A DNA stretch of 64,000 nt from Candidatus Parcubacteria bacterium (lineage in GTDB: Bacteria; Patescibacteriota; Minisyncoccia; Phycocordibacterales; UBA2100), in NCBI GenBank assembly GCA_041168925.1, contig JBEEJY010000010.1, positions 12,430-76,429 on the forward strand. Direction: 5' to 3'. Shown here piece by piece: positions 34,225-44,640 of the stretch. Both the position numbers and the translations under genes were made by a program. The notes below the pieces were generated by a model. The model saw nothing but the letters and a program-made list of their open reading frames with translations. It was not told the DNA's origin and ran no database searches. Numbering within the stretch: the first letter of the stretch is position 1; each line of letters opens with the position of its first letter.

Positions 34225-35355
34225 ATGAGAATCGTCTTCTTTGTCACCATCGTAATGGGTGCGTTGCTTTATGCCATGCCCTCGTTCGGCGATGATATCG
34301 CCGACTGCAACAGCAGAGCGCCGGATCGCGTGGTGCGCGGGTGTACGCGCATCATCACGCAAAGAGTCGCCTCGAATGTCGAGTTGAGCAAAGCTTACGT
34401 CAGCAGAGGCAACGCCTACGTCCAGATGAAGAAGGTGGGCGAGGCAAGGGCGGACTTCCTGACCGCGACCAGGCAAAATCCGAAAAACGCCTTTGCTTGG
34501 TATCTGCTCGGATGGGTGGATATCGACCGCGACAACACCGCCGCCGTCGCCAACCTGACAAAGGCAATCGAATTGGAACCGAGCAACGCGTACTATCGCC
34601 TCGACCTCGGCGTCGTTCATGCCCGCCAAGGGCGTACCGATCTCGCCATCCAGCAGTACACGCGGGCTATCTCGCTCAACCCCGCGTATGCGCTCGCCTA
34701 CTACAATCGCGGCTTGGCATACGCCATGCTCGACAACTACAGTTCCGCCGTTAGCGACCTTACGGAAGCTATCGGCAGAAATCCGCAGTTCGCGCGCGCC
34801 TACGTGTTCCGGGCGAAATACAACGTCAAGCTCGGCAACTTCAACCTTGCGCTGCCCGACCTCAACGAAGCGATCAGGCTGGATCCGGTCAACGATGATG
34901 CGTATTTCCAGCGAGGACGCGTCCATTCTATTTTCAGCCGGCACGATCTCGCCATCGCGGACTACACGAAGAGTATCGAACTGTTCCCGGATGGATCCGG
35001 CGCCTACAGCAACAGGGGTATCGCCCACATCAAAAAGGGTGAATATGATCTGGCGCTGCTGGATCTCGACAAATCGCTCGCCATTGATCCCAATAATGCG
35101 TTCTCGCGGTACAATCGCGCGATTGTGTACGCTATCAAGCGCAACTACCGCATCGCATTAAGCGACATCAACGACGCGATCAACCTCCGTCCCGAGCATG
35201 CGAGCCAGGTGTACGTACGCAGCATCATACGATCGGCGCTCGGCGATTCTTCGGGAAGCGAGGGCGATCGAGCGCACGCCATGCAACTCGATCCGAAGCT
35301 TGGCGAGGCAGTCGGAAAAGAAGCCAGCCCGATAGACTATTTCGCCAAACGCTGA
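34225..35355 (+). CDS. secreted tetratricopeptide-repeat (TPR) protein
   Basis: Signal peptide, then about 9 tandem TPR units (AYYNRGLAYAMLDNYSSAVSDLTEAI...). Confidence 0.8.
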   Translation: MRIVFFVTIVMGALLYAMPSFGDDIADCNSRAPDRVVRGCTRIITQRVASNVELSKAYVSRGNAYVQMKKVGEARADFLTATRQNPKNAFAWYLLGWVDIDRDNTAAVANLTKAIELEPSNAYYRLDLGVVHARQGRTDLAIQQYTRAISLNPAYALAYYNRGLAYAMLDNYSSAVSDLTEAIGRNPQFARAYVFRAKYNVKLGNFNLALPDLNEAIRLDPVNDDAYFQRGRVHSIFSRHDLAIADYTKSIELFPDGSGAYSNRGIAHIKKGEYDLALLDLDKSLAIDPNNAFSRYNRAIVYAIKRNYRIALSDINDAINLRPEHASQVYVRSIIRSALGDSSGSEGDRAHAMQLDPKLGEAVGKEASPIDYFAKR

Positions 35356-35494
35356 TCTCATGGCTGCTCTTTTTGACGATCAGAGGCCCGCGCGACTGCG
35401 CGGGCCTCAACTTTACTGCAAGAGAAAATGGCCCGGAGAAATACCTCCGGGCCGTCAGCAGCGGAATAATCCGCCTCAATACCGTCCGCCAACA

Positions 35495-35821
35495 CTAACG
35501 CAGGCAGAGGAATCGCTTGATGACGCTTTCGTCTGCCGTCGCGATGTAGTATCGGGTAGTCGCGATGATGGGAACGGAGCGAGAACCGAACGCCTCGTAG
35601 AGACGCTGCCACCCGGCTTTGTCGTAGAAGTCGGAGACGACGTTTACGTACTCGTACGGGATGCCCCGTTTCTCCAGAAAACGCCGCGCGGATTTGCAGT
35701 AGGGGCACCAATTGCCACCGCCGACGACGTAGACCTTGGCATAATTGCACTCCGCGCTCGCCGCGCGCCCACTCACAAAGAGCAGTGCCGCCGTCACTAC
35801 GGCTATCACGATCGCTTTCAT
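35495..35821 (-). CDS. glutaredoxin-like protein with an N-terminal signal peptide/anchor (CPYC active site)
   Basis: MKAIVIAVVTAALLFVSGRAASA leader and a thioredoxin-fold core with WCPYCK. Start at MKAIVI assumed. Confidence 0.6.
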   Translation of the reverse strand: MKAIVIAVVTAALLFVSGRAASAECNYAKVYVVGGGNWCPYCKSARRFLEKRGIPYEYVNVVSDFYDKAGWQRLYEAFGSRSVPIIATTRYYIATADESVIKRFLCLR

Positions 35822-35892
35822 GACTTCACCTCCTTCCGGTTGTCTTGAAGCGTACGTGCACAGTATCATAGAAGAATAGAAGAAAGAGAATC

Positions 35893-35915
35893 CCCGCCGA
35901 ATCGATCGGCGGGGT
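35893..35915. terminator. perfect hairpin CCCCGCCGAatcgaTCGGCGGGG downstream of the S1 protease gene
   Basis: 9-bp GC-rich stem; a second compound hairpin (ATGAAGCGCG...CGCGCTTCAT) overlaps the protease stop. Confidence 0.5.
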
Positions 35916-35946
35916 CGTGCTTGAACAGAGCTGATATGAAGCGCGA

Positions 35947-37044
35947 TCAGCGCATACGGGCTTTGCCCGTAGCCGACCGGCGCGCTTCATCTTGCAGTAT
36001 CTTCAGTATCTGGTATTGGGGCGACGATACGGCCTGCCACCACGCATACGGAGCAGACAAGAGAGAGGCGTGCGTGCTTGCGTACCCCGTCCATCCCGAA
36101 GTCGTGCCGACATGGAACCACTTCTTTTTCTTGGTGTTGCTCATGAGAAGCAACGGCCCTCCGCTGTCGCCTCCGACGGTAGGATTTGTGCCGTTGGAGC
36201 CAGGCCCCGCCTGCCACACCCACGGAACTCTATAAGGCGGCGGACTCGCCTGCGACCTGCTTGAGCCATCCGTCGAGACGGAAGTGCCGTTAAGATAGTC
36301 GCCGGAGATGATCGAGAGTTTCGACCATCTGCGGGTGGAATCGATCGTGCAGGTATACAGTTTCCCCGGAGTCATGCAGCCGTGTCCTCCGAAGCCGACG
36401 ACGACATTTTCAGAAAGCGTGCGATCGAATCTTTTCCAGAAGATCTTTTCGGCAGCTTCGATCGCCTCACTCGTCAGGGCCCAATCGCGCTTGTTACTCA
36501 TGGATTTGGTGATCGGGCCCATGAGATCGAGCACCGAATGCGCATAGACCTTAAGGTCGATGTAGCGTTCGGTCACGAGATAGGCGACGTCCATGGGCGC
36601 GAACTGCGCGAACATTCCGTTGAGCGCGCGTGTCTTCGCTTTTTGCGTATCGGAAGGGTCGTCTTCCTGCGGGCGAGGCATTCCGAGCCAAACCGCCAAG
36701 TAACGCGGCATCGCCGGCTCCCATGTCGCGCGAACGGCGTTCGTTGCGCTTTCAACACCGTGGCGGTCGACATATTTCACGCGCACGGCCTGCGCGAGGT
36801 TTATGGCCACGATTTCGCGGCCATTTTCCGTCCTTATGGTGGGACGCATTACGCAGTGCGCAGCCGTGACGACTAATCCGCCGTCGATGACCGAGCTGCT
36901 GCACGGCCACTGTATTCCGTCGCCGTAGTCGCTGAAGATTTGTACCACGAACGGAAAATGCCCGTCCCACGCCTCTCCTTCGAGGGCATATGCCGGGCTA
37001 GAGAATGCGAGAGCGGCAAGCATGCCGCGAACGTATCTCATCAT
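35947..37044 (-). CDS. secreted trypsin-like serine protease (S1 family)
   Basis: Signal peptide; catalytic His in VVTAAHCV and catalytic Ser in GDSGGPLL. Start at MMRYVRG assumed. Confidence 0.8.
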   Translation of the reverse strand: MMRYVRGMLAALAFSSPAYALEGEAWDGHFPFVVQIFSDYGDGIQWPCSSSVIDGGLVVTAAHCVMRPTIRTENGREIVAINLAQAVRVKYVDRHGVESATNAVRATWEPAMPRYLAVWLGMPRPQEDDPSDTQKAKTRALNGMFAQFAPMDVAYLVTERYIDLKVYAHSVLDLMGPITKSMSNKRDWALTSEAIEAAEKIFWKRFDRTLSENVVVGFGGHGCMTPGKLYTCTIDSTRRWSKLSIISGDYLNGTSVSTDGSSRSQASPPPYRVPWVWQAGPGSNGTNPTVGGDSGGPLLLMSNTKKKKWFHVGTTSGWTGYASTHASLLSAPYAWWQAVSSPQYQILKILQDEARRSATGKARMR

Positions 37045-37149
37045 GTGAAAGATCCTCTTTCCCTGCGGCACACCATTGTGCCGCTCGCACCACGATTCAC
37101 TGTACACGAAACACGCTCGCAACTCTAGCTTCCAAAAGAGAGCAGCGCT

Positions 37150-37653
37150 TCAGCTTCGAGCGAAGGCCAAACCTGCATACGCGACGAGAAGCCACCAAAA
37201 ACGATAGGATTCGGCGAACACTGCTTGCACCTGCGGTCCGAAGTGCCATAGCGCGGTGAGCTGCGGGATCTGCAGCCAGACGATGATGAGCACGATCGCG
37301 CCGCAAAGACCGGCGATAAGCGCGGGAAGCGGGCCGCCCGAATCGGCAAAGGTAAAAACGATCCGGTGGATCACAAAGTAAAGCAGCACAAACATCGCGC
37401 CGAAAATGGCGAGTTCCTTGTATGCGCTGACGAATCCGGCGAGCATTGGCCCGATGTATGCCGCCTTCGCGAGAAGTTGCTCAAGCATGAGCGCGGTCGG
37501 GAGCACGAGGGCAAGGGTTGCCGCGCGCGCCGGACCATTGCGAAGGGCGTCGAACGCCAAGAGCCCCGCGACTCCTGCGACAATAAACCAATCAGTCGGC
37601 CAATGTGCAAGCAAGCTTGAAGCCTGCAGAAAGGAGGTTGTAGCGATATCCAT
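37150..37653 (-). CDS. hypothetical membrane protein (167 aa, 4-5 TM)
   Basis: Hydrophobic helices throughout; no recognisable motif. Confidence 0.45.
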   Translation of the reverse strand: MDIATTSFLQASSLLAHWPTDWFIVAGVAGLLAFDALRNGPARAATLALVLPTALMLEQLLAKAAYIGPMLAGFVSAYKELAIFGAMFVLLYFVIHRIVFTFADSGGPLPALIAGLCGAIVLIIVWLQIPQLTALWHFGPQVQAVFAESYRFWWLLVAYAGLAFARS

Positions 37654-37734
37654 GTTGTAACCGTTGTAGACGTTTTATCCGTTCTAATAGCCGGCGTCTA
37701 TAACGTTTACAACGATTATAACGTATAGAACGTG

Positions 37735-38823
37735 CTAGAGTCCTTCTGTCTTTAATTTTTCAACAAGTTCGCGCTGCTGTCTCGAAAGTTTTTTCGGGAA
37801 TTGCACATCAACGCGCACCAGCAGATCGCCGCGCGAGCCACGTCCGTGGGGAATCCCTTTTCCCCGAACGCGAAGAATCTCGCCGTGTTCCACGCCGGCA
37901 GGGATAGTCAGGGATTCCTCACCGTCGAGCGTCTTTATGCGGTACTCGCCTCCGAGCAGCGCTTCCGTGAGCCGGATAGAGAGCGAAGTGAGCAGGTTGT
38001 TGCCATCGCGAGAAAATCTCGGATCCTGCTTTACGTGGAGCTTTACATAGAGATCGCCCGCGCCCGCGCCCGGCACTGCCTCGCCGCGCCCGGGCATACG
38101 GATCATCTCTCCGTCTTCAACGCCGGCAGGTACGACGACGCGAACCTCTTCTTGTCGTTTACGCACACCGTCGCCCCGGCACGCTTCGCACGGGTGTTCG
38201 GGCGATTCGCCGCGACCCTTGCAGCGGGGGCACTGGCGCGAAGAAGTGAAGGTGCCGAAGAAAGAGTTTCGCGTCTCGCGTATCTCTCCCTTGCCGTTGC
38301 AGCTCGCGCAGGTGATCATTTTCGATCCCTTCTTCGCGCCCGTGCCCTCGCACACGTCGCACACGGCCATCTTGCTGATGAGGACACGGCGATCAGTGCC
38401 GAATACCGCCTCGCGGAATGTCAGCTCGATATCGATAGAGATATCGCGCCCGCGCGCTCGCGCCCCGCGCGATCCGGCACCGAATATGTCGCCGAATATG
38501 TCTCCGAGATCGAATTCGAACGCCTGCCCGTTCTGCCCCTGGAAACCCTGAAAGCCTCCGGCGCGCGCGAAATCGGAGAAATCGAAACCGCCGAATCCTC
38601 CCTGCGGTCCGCCTCCCGCGAACGTTTTTCCGTACGTGTCGTATTCCGTCCGCTTTTTCTTGTCGGAGAGCACCGCGTATGCCTCGCTCACCTCCTTGAA
38701 TTTTTTCTCATCCCCGCCTTTCTTATCGGGGTGATATTTGTGCGCGAGCTTTCGAAAAGCGGTCTTAATCTCCTCTTCGCTCGCCGTTTTCGTCACGCCG
38801 AGAATCGAGTAATAGTCTTTCAT
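37735..38823 (-). CDS. dnaJ: molecular chaperone DnaJ
   Basis: J domain with HPD (KYHPDK), a G/F region, and four CxxCxGxG zinc-finger repeats. Confidence 0.95.
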   Translation of the reverse strand: MKDYYSILGVTKTASEEEIKTAFRKLAHKYHPDKKGGDEKKFKEVSEAYAVLSDKKKRTEYDTYGKTFAGGGPQGGFGGFDFSDFARAGGFQGFQGQNGQAFEFDLGDIFGDIFGAGSRGARARGRDISIDIELTFREAVFGTDRRVLISKMAVCDVCEGTGAKKGSKMITCASCNGKGEIRETRNSFFGTFTSSRQCPRCKGRGESPEHPCEACRGDGVRKRQEEVRVVVPAGVEDGEMIRMPGRGEAVPGAGAGDLYVKLHVKQDPRFSRDGNNLLTSLSIRLTEALLGGEYRIKTLDGEESLTIPAGVEHGEILRVRGKGIPHGRGSRGDLLVRVDVQFPKKLSRQQRELVEKLKTEGL

Positions 38824-38884
38824 GTCCGGAGATTATATAGGCGCTATTTTGAAAAGCAAAAGCCCGTCTTGCGCAGACTCTCTG

Positions 38885-40747
38885 CTATTCTTTTGGCGGT
38901 TCTTCCGGCGGTTTGCCCGACTGGCCGGATTGATCGTCTTGAGGAGGCTTCTGCTGCATCGCCTGGCCAATCGCTTGCATGGCGTTCGAGAGCGCATCGG
39001 CGGAAGATTTGATGACGGACGGATCGGAGCCGCCGCGCGCCGATTTGAGCGCATCGATTTTTTCCTGGACGTTCTTCCTGATATCCTCGCTCACCTTCTC
39101 GCCGTGCTCTTTGAGCGCCTTCTCGGCCGTATAAACGAGCTGATCCGCCGCATTCTGCGCCTCGACGAGATCGTGTTTCTTTCTATCCGCTTCGGCGTTC
39201 ATCTCGGCGTCTTTGCGCATCTTTTCAATATCCGCGTCTGTAAGTCCCGACGACCCCTCGATACGGATGGACTGCTCTTTGCCGGTCGTCTTGTCTTTCG
39301 CCTTCACGGTGAGAATGCCGTTGGCGTCGATGTCGAACGAGACCTCGATTTGCGGCATGCCGCGCGGCGAGGGCGGGATGCCGTCGAGATTGAAGCGGCC
39401 GAGCGATTTATTATCGCCAGCCATCGGACGCTCGCCCTGAACGACGTGTATTTCGACCGACGGTTGATTATCCGAGGCGGTAGAGAAGACCTGTGAGCGC
39501 GAGGTCGGAATGGTCGTGTTGCGCTCGATCAATTTCGTCGCCACGCCCCCCATCGTCTCAATACCAAGCGAGAGCGGTATAACGTCGAGCAAAAGCACAT
39601 CTTTCACGTCTCCTTGCAAAATACCGCCTTGGATCGCCGCGCCGATAGCGACGACTTCATCGGGATTGACCGACATGTTGGGCTTTTTCTTGAAATATTC
39701 CTCGACGGCTTTTTGCATCGCCGGCATGCGAGTCTGCCCGCCGACAAGCACGACCTCGTTAATGTCCCCCACCTTAAAAGGAGATGCTTCCATCGCGCGC
39801 TTTGCTATGCTCATCGCGCGTTCCAGAAATTCTCCCGCGATCTCTTCGAGCTTCGCCCGCGTCATTTTGATGAGCAAGTGGCGCGGACCTGATGAATCAG
39901 ACGTAATGAATGGGATGTTGATCTCCGTCTCGAGCGCCGTCGAGAGCTCGATTTTCGCCTTTTCAGCGGCTTCATCGAGACGCTGGCGGGCAAGCGCATC
40001 GTTGCGTACGTCGATGCCGCTCTCTTTTTTGAATTCGTCGGCGAGCCATCCCATGATCTTTTGATCGATGTCCTTGCCGCCGAGGTGCGCGTCTCCGTCG
40101 GTCGAGCGCACCTCGATCACGTCATCCCCCACTTCGAGCACGGAAATATCGAAGGTGCCGCCTCCGAAATCGAATACCACGATCTTTTCGTTTTTTTTCT
40201 TGTTGAACCCGTACGCGAGCGCGGCTGCGGTCGGTTCATTGATGATGCGCTTCACGTCGAGCCCCGCGATCTTTCCGGCGTCCTTTGTCGCCTGGCGTTG
40301 CGAATCGTTGAAGTACGCCGGGACGGTAATGACCGCCTCCGTGATCGCCTCGCCGAGACGCGCTTCGGCATCCTGCTTCAGTTTTTGCAAAATCATCGCC
40401 GAGATCTCCTCGGGACGATACCACTTGTCTCCCATTTTCACCTCGATTCCGCCGTTGGAGGCTTTTTGGACGTCGAACGGCACCGCCTTGACGTCTTTTT
40501 GCACAGCGGGCTCGTCAAACGTATGACCGATAAACCGCTTGATCTGGTAGACGGTGTTCTTAGGATTCGTGACGGCCTGCCGTTTTGCCAGAAGGCCGAC
40601 CAGTCGTTCTCCCGTCTTCGACGCGGCGACGATCGAGGGGGTGGTGCGTGCCCCTTCCGCGTTTTCGAGAATTTCCGGCTCGCCACCTTTGACGATCGCC
40701 ATCGCGGAGTTGGTGGTACCGAGATCTATGCCGAGTATTTTTGACAT
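38885..40747 (-). CDS. dnaK: molecular chaperone DnaK (Hsp70)
   Basis: [18 protein letters not shown], and a full Hsp70 ATPase plus substrate-binding domain with a C-terminal lid. Confidence 0.97.
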   Translation of the reverse strand: MSKILGIDLGTTNSAMAIVKGGEPEILENAEGARTTPSIVAASKTGERLVGLLAKRQAVTNPKNTVYQIKRFIGHTFDEPAVQKDVKAVPFDVQKASNGGIEVKMGDKWYRPEEISAMILQKLKQDAEARLGEAITEAVITVPAYFNDSQRQATKDAGKIAGLDVKRIINEPTAAALAYGFNKKKNEKIVVFDFGGGTFDISVLEVGDDVIEVRSTDGDAHLGGKDIDQKIMGWLADEFKKESGIDVRNDALARQRLDEAAEKAKIELSTALETEINIPFITSDSSGPRHLLIKMTRAKLEEIAGEFLERAMSIAKRAMEASPFKVGDINEVVLVGGQTRMPAMQKAVEEYFKKKPNMSVNPDEVVAIGAAIQGGILQGDVKDVLLLDVIPLSLGIETMGGVATKLIERNTTIPTSRSQVFSTASDNQPSVEIHVVQGERPMAGDNKSLGRFNLDGIPPSPRGMPQIEVSFDIDANGILTVKAKDKTTGKEQSIRIEGSSGLTDADIEKMRKDAEMNAEADRKKHDLVEAQNAADQLVYTAEKALKEHGEKVSEDIRKNVQEKIDALKSARGGSDPSVIKSSADALSNAMQAIGQAMQQKPPQDDQSGQSGKPPEEPPKE

Positions 40748-40777
40748 ATAAAATTAGAAGTTATTGATGAGGCAATC

Positions 40778-40808
40778 ATTATATATGCTCATGAAGGGCG
40801 TGTGTCAA
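40778..40808 (-). promoter_or_regulatory. sigma70-type promoter TTGACA-N17-TATATAAT in the grpE-dnaK intergenic region; no CIRCE element seen
   Basis: Perfect -35 and near-consensus -10 read on the minus strand, about 35 nt upstream of the dnaK ATG. Confidence 0.5.
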
Positions 40809-40818
40809 CCTCGATTAG

Positions 40819-41355
40819 TTACTTTTTTACGATGACCTGCGCTGAGCGCAAGATGCGTTCGCCCGAGCGATAGCCGTAGCGCAAGATTCGTGCAACGGTT
40901 CCCGACTCGCCAGGTACGTCATCGCGCTCTTCGACCGCCTCGTACGTCGCGTGGTCGAATTTCTCGCCAACCTTGCCGTAGCGCTCGATGCCGTGAGAGC
41001 GAAGTGCGCCCAAAAGTTGGCTCTGCACGGCCTCCATGCCGCTCCGAAAGCCGTCGGAGACACTGACCCACGCTTCGCTTCCGGCCGCCATATCGAAAGA
41101 ATCGAGCGCGGGGATGATGTCGTGCACGAGCGCTTCACGGAGCATCTCGGCCGTGCGCCTTGCACCCATTTCGGCGTCTTTTTTGGCGTTTATCGAGTCG
41201 GCTTTGCACCGCTGCCAACCGTCGAGGTACTCCTTCCGCTCTTTTCTTATCTTTTCTAACTCCGCCCTGATCTTCTTAAGCTTCGCTTGCGCAGCGGCAA
41301 CGTCTCCTAATTCTTCCTCGGGCTCGAAATCAAGATTCTCATGCTCTTCATTCAT
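40819..41355 (-). CDS. grpE: nucleotide exchange factor GrpE
   Basis: Acidic N-terminus, a coiled-coil, and a C-terminal GrpE beta-domain. Upstream of dnaK-dnaJ. Confidence 0.9.
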   Translation of the reverse strand: MNEEHENLDFEPEEELGDVAAAQAKLKKIRAELEKIRKERKEYLDGWQRCKADSINAKKDAEMGARRTAEMLREALVHDIIPALDSFDMAAGSEAWVSVSDGFRSGMEAVQSQLLGALRSHGIERYGKVGEKFDHATYEAVEERDDVPGESGTVARILRYGYRSGERILRSAQVIVKK

Positions 41356-41361
41356 GAGGCG

Positions 41362-41391
41362 AGTATATCAAATCCGCGATGGGACAATCAA
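41362..41391 (-). promoter_or_regulatory. promoter TTGATT-N18-TATACT-N6-ATG for grpE (leaderless-type spacing)
   Basis: Read on the minus strand between the rpsI stop and the grpE start. Confidence 0.45.
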
Positions 41392-41398
41392 AATGTCG

Positions 41399-41794
41399 TT
41401 AGCGCTTGCTCCACTGCGGAGCCCTTCGCGCGGCCTTGAGGCCGAACTTTTTGCGCTCTTTGGCGCGCGGGTCGCGTTTGAGAAAGCCGCGAACCTTGAG
41501 ATCCTTGCGCTGCTCGGGGACGAGCTCGGCGATCGCGCGCGAAATGCCGTGGCGCACGGCTTCAGCCTGCGCTTTGTGTCCGCCGCCGGAGACCCTAGCG
41601 GATACGGCGTAGCTTGCACCGAGCACTTGAAGCGGCGCGAAGGCAGTTTTTACCATTTGTTCAAGGGGGAAATACTCCTGCGCGCTCTTGCCATTCACGG
41701 TGAGTGAGGCACTCTTGGAGTCCGAAATGCGCACGCGTGCTGTCGCTGTCTTTCTTCGCCCCACCGCTTCGGTATATCGGTTTTCTTTTGCCAT
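41399..41794 (-). CDS. rpsI: 30S ribosomal protein S9
   Basis: C-terminal ...KRDPRAKERKKFGLKAARRAPQWSKR is the S9 signature. Confidence 0.9.
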   Translation of the reverse strand: MAKENRYTEAVGRRKTATARVRISDSKSASLTVNGKSAQEYFPLEQMVKTAFAPLQVLGASYAVSARVSGGGHKAQAEAVRHGISRAIAELVPEQRKDLKVRGFLKRDPRAKERKKFGLKAARRAPQWSKR

Positions 41795-41803
41795 AGTTGT
41801 ATA

Positions 41804-42163
41804 TTATTCCGTTATCGTTAGATTTTTCAAACGGGCAACAAGCATCGTATTGCGAGGAAGCATGCGGCGCACAGCTCGGCGGATCGCTTCTCCTCTACCG
41901 CGTCGAGCGGTGAGCGATGCCAGCGATTCGACTTTCTGGCCGCCCGGATACCCGGAATAGGTGACATACATTTTCCCCGTGCGCTTTTTCTCTCGGATAG
42001 AGAGCTTGCCGGCATTCGAGATCTCTACCTTGACGCCGGAATTCTTGTGTGGCACGTAATCGGCGCGCATCTTGCCCATAAGCGCTTTCGCCGCTTCGGC
42101 GGCGACGCGCCCGATGCTCTTGCCTGCGGCGTCGATCGTGTACGTGGTATCGGAAAGTTTCAT
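41804..42163 (-). CDS. rplM: 50S ribosomal protein L13
   Basis: Pattern ...YSGYPGG...RRMLPRN..L; adjacent to rpsI. Confidence 0.85.
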   Translation of the reverse strand: MKLSDTTYTIDAAGKSIGRVAAEAAKALMGKMRADYVPHKNSGVKVEISNAGKLSIREKKRTGKMYVTYSGYPGGQKVESLASLTARRGRGEAIRRAVRRMLPRNTMLVARLKNLTITE

Positions 42164-42176
42164 ATCCTTCGGCAGA

Positions 42177-42521
42177 TTACTTGATGAATTCGATGCGGGC
42201 TGATTCGATCGCGCGTTTGCCCACTCGCCCCAAGCGGACGATACGCGTATACCCGCCCGTACGCTTCGCGAATTGCTCGTTCATGCCATAGAGCATCTTT
42301 GCCGCCCCTCCGAGCTCGACAACGACGGCTCGACGAGAAGCGAGCGTGCCGTCTTTCGTCTTCGTGACAAGTCGTTCGATAAACGGCCGGAGCTCTTTCG
42401 CTTTTGCGACGGTGGTCATGATGCCATCGTGCATCACGAGCGAGCGCGCGAGGCTGCGCAAAAGCGCCACGCGCTGGCGCTTCACGCGGTGAAATTTCCT
42501 GTTGGCTTTGTGGTGCCGCAT
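42177..42521 (-). CDS. rplQ: 50S ribosomal protein L17
   Basis: MRHHKANRKFHRVKRQRVALLRSLA; follows rpoA. Confidence 0.9.
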   Translation of the reverse strand: MRHHKANRKFHRVKRQRVALLRSLARSLVMHDGIMTTVAKAKELRPFIERLVTKTKDGTLASRRAVVVELGGAAKMLYGMNEQFAKRTGGYTRIVRLGRVGKRAIESARIEFIK

Positions 42522-42523
42522 AT

Positions 42524-43501
42524 CTATTTATCGGATCGCAGAGTGAGCCCCATGTTGGAGAGCGCGCGCTTGATGTCTTGCAGCCCCTTCTGGCCGAGAC
42601 CTTCGATCGAGAGGAGATCGTCCTCGCGCTTGCGTACCAGACCGCCTACCGTTCTGATCGAGGCGTTGTCGAGCGCTTGCTCGACGCGCTGAGGAAGTCC
42701 GAGTTCGCCGATTCGCGTCTTCAGGACCTCCGCGTCGAGAGCAACACCCTTCTCCTCCCTGCCGGCACGGCCGGTCTCCGGTATGCCGAGCAATGCTTCG
42801 GGAGCCTCGTCTTCTTTGAAGCCGACGACCGCTTTCAGCTGGTGAATCATGGTCGCGATCGAAGTCTCAAGCGCCTCGCGCGGAGGAAGCGTGCCGTCGG
42901 TCTCGATCGTGATGCGCAACCGGTTGAAATCGGTACGATCTCCGACGCGCATGTTCTCGACTTCGTAGTTGACGCGGCGGATCGGCGAGAAGATCGCATC
43001 GAGCGCTATCGTGCCGATTTCGACGCGTTCTTTCTGGTGCGCTTCCTTCGGGATATAGCCCAATCCGCGCTCCGCGCGCAGTTCCATTTCGAAATTCGTC
43101 TTGCCCGTGATGTCGGCTATATGACTCTCGGGATTCAGTATCTCCACCTGTCCGGGGAGTTTGAGATCGGCCGCAACGGCCGTCTTCGGACCTCTCGCCG
43201 AAAGCGTGATCGTCTGCGGCTCGTCGGTGAGCAATTTGAGACGGATCTTCCGGACGTTGAGGAGAATCGTTACCACGTCTTCTTTAACGCCTTCGATCGT
43301 TGAAAATTCGTGCGCGACGCCCGGAATCTTGACATGCGTTACGGCAGCGCCCGGGAGAGAGGAGAGAATGATGCGACGAAGGCTGTTGCCGAGCGTGTAG
43401 CCATAGCCGGGATACAGCCCGTCTATTTCATATACGCCGCTTCGTTCCGATTCGGAAACGATGCGCGGCTTACTGGGCAGAGCAATGTGATAATCAAGCA
43501 T
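42524..43501 (-). CDS. rpoA: DNA-directed RNA polymerase subunit alpha
   Basis: N-terminal domain ([28 protein letters not shown]) plus the C-terminal alpha-CTD. Confidence 0.95.
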   Translation of the reverse strand: [325 protein letters not shown]

Positions 43502-43578
43502 AGGATGATGGACCTGTTGGAGTATCCTACTAATAAAACCCGCTGTTTCGACGCAGCGTAAAGGCGGCTAGTGTACCA

Positions 43579-44190
43579 TTATCTGCTGTAGAATTCAAAC
43601 ACCGTCGGATAATCAAGGCCTGCCTCCATGGGACTGTACCCCGGCTCCACCGTCACCTCGGCCGTAAGGAGATCGAGGTTGACCGTGAGCCACTGCGGTA
43701 CTGTTCGTCCGAGCTCTTCCTTCTTCTCCGACAGCGCGGCATAGAGAGGGCTCGTGCGATTCCCCTCCCGGATCGCGATGATGTCCCCTTTCTTCACTCG
43801 GTAGGAAGGCGTCGTGATCCGCTTCCCGTTGATCGTGAAGTGTCCGTGGGAAACGGCCTGCCGCGCGGCGCGGCGCGTGAGAGAAAAACCGGCACGATAC
43901 ACGGCTGAGTCGGCGCGCATTTCGAGCGCGCGATGCAGACTCGCCGACGGATCTTTCTCGGCGAACGCGAGTTTCGCGTAGTTCGAGAGCTGGCGCTCCG
44001 AGAGGCCGTAGGTGTAGCGTACGCGCTGCTTTTCGAGCAGTTGCCTGCCATAATCGCTGCCGCTGCGCCCGCCGCGCTTTTTCCCGGAAAAGCGGGCTTC
44101 GGAGAGCGCGAATTTCTGCGACTGCGTTTTTTCAAAGACGGCCGCGCCGAGGCGTTTCGCGATCTTGAATTTGGATTTGACGAGCAACAT
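43579..44190 (-). CDS. rpsD: 30S ribosomal protein S4
   Basis: S4 domain (...SRRAARQAVSHGHFTINGKRIT...). Confidence 0.9.
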   Translation of the reverse strand: MLLVKSKFKIAKRLGAAVFEKTQSQKFALSEARFSGKKRGGRSGSDYGRQLLEKQRVRYTYGLSERQLSNYAKLAFAEKDPSASLHRALEMRADSAVYRAGFSLTRRAARQAVSHGHFTINGKRITTPSYRVKKGDIIAIREGNRTSPLYAALSEKKEELGRTVPQWLTVNLDLLTAEVTVEPGYSPMEAGLDYPTVFEFYSR

Positions 44191-44202
44191 ACGAAATACG
44201 AA

Positions 44203-44637
44203 CTAGACGCGCCTGGGTTTTGGCGGGCGCGGGCCGTTGTGCGGAATCGGCGTGTCGTCCGCGATCTTGGTGACATCGATTCCCTTGCCGGCAAAGCCGC
44301 GCAGAGCCGACTCCCGGCCCGCGCCCACGCCGCGAATCACCACATCCACCTCCTTCAGCCCGATTATCGCCGCCTTGTCGCCGACGAGCTCGCCCACTTT
44401 CGCCGCGGCAAACGGCGTTCCCTTTTTCGCGCCGGAAAATCCAAGAGCGCCCGAAGAAGACCACGCCACGGCGTTGCCCTGCTTGTCGGTGAGAAGGACC
44501 TTTGTGTTATTGTACGTCGCGTGAATATGGAGCGTGCCGGCCGCGATGTTTTTCTTCGCGACGCGCGCGAGCGACCGAGATTTGAGTCCCTGATCGACCG
44601 TGCCGCCGCTTTTTCTGATGATGCGCTTTTTTCCCAT
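44203..44637 (-). CDS. rpsK: 30S ribosomal protein S11
   Basis: ...TYNNTKVLLTDKQGNAVAWSSSG... matches the S11 signature. Confidence 0.9.
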   Translation of the reverse strand: MGKKRIIRKSGGTVDQGLKSRSLARVAKKNIAAGTLHIHATYNNTKVLLTDKQGNAVAWSSSGALGFSGAKKGTPFAAAKVGELVGDKAAIIGLKEVDVVIRGVGAGRESALRGFAGKGIDVTKIADDTPIPHNGPRPPKPRRV

Positions 44638-44640
44638 GGT

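Noticed and set aside
37654-37734. AT-rich stretch with ATAACG-type repeats between dnaJ and the upstream membrane protein gene
   Set aside because: Probably a terminator/promoter spacer. Imperfect inverted repeats only and no copies elsewhere, so too weak to call an element.
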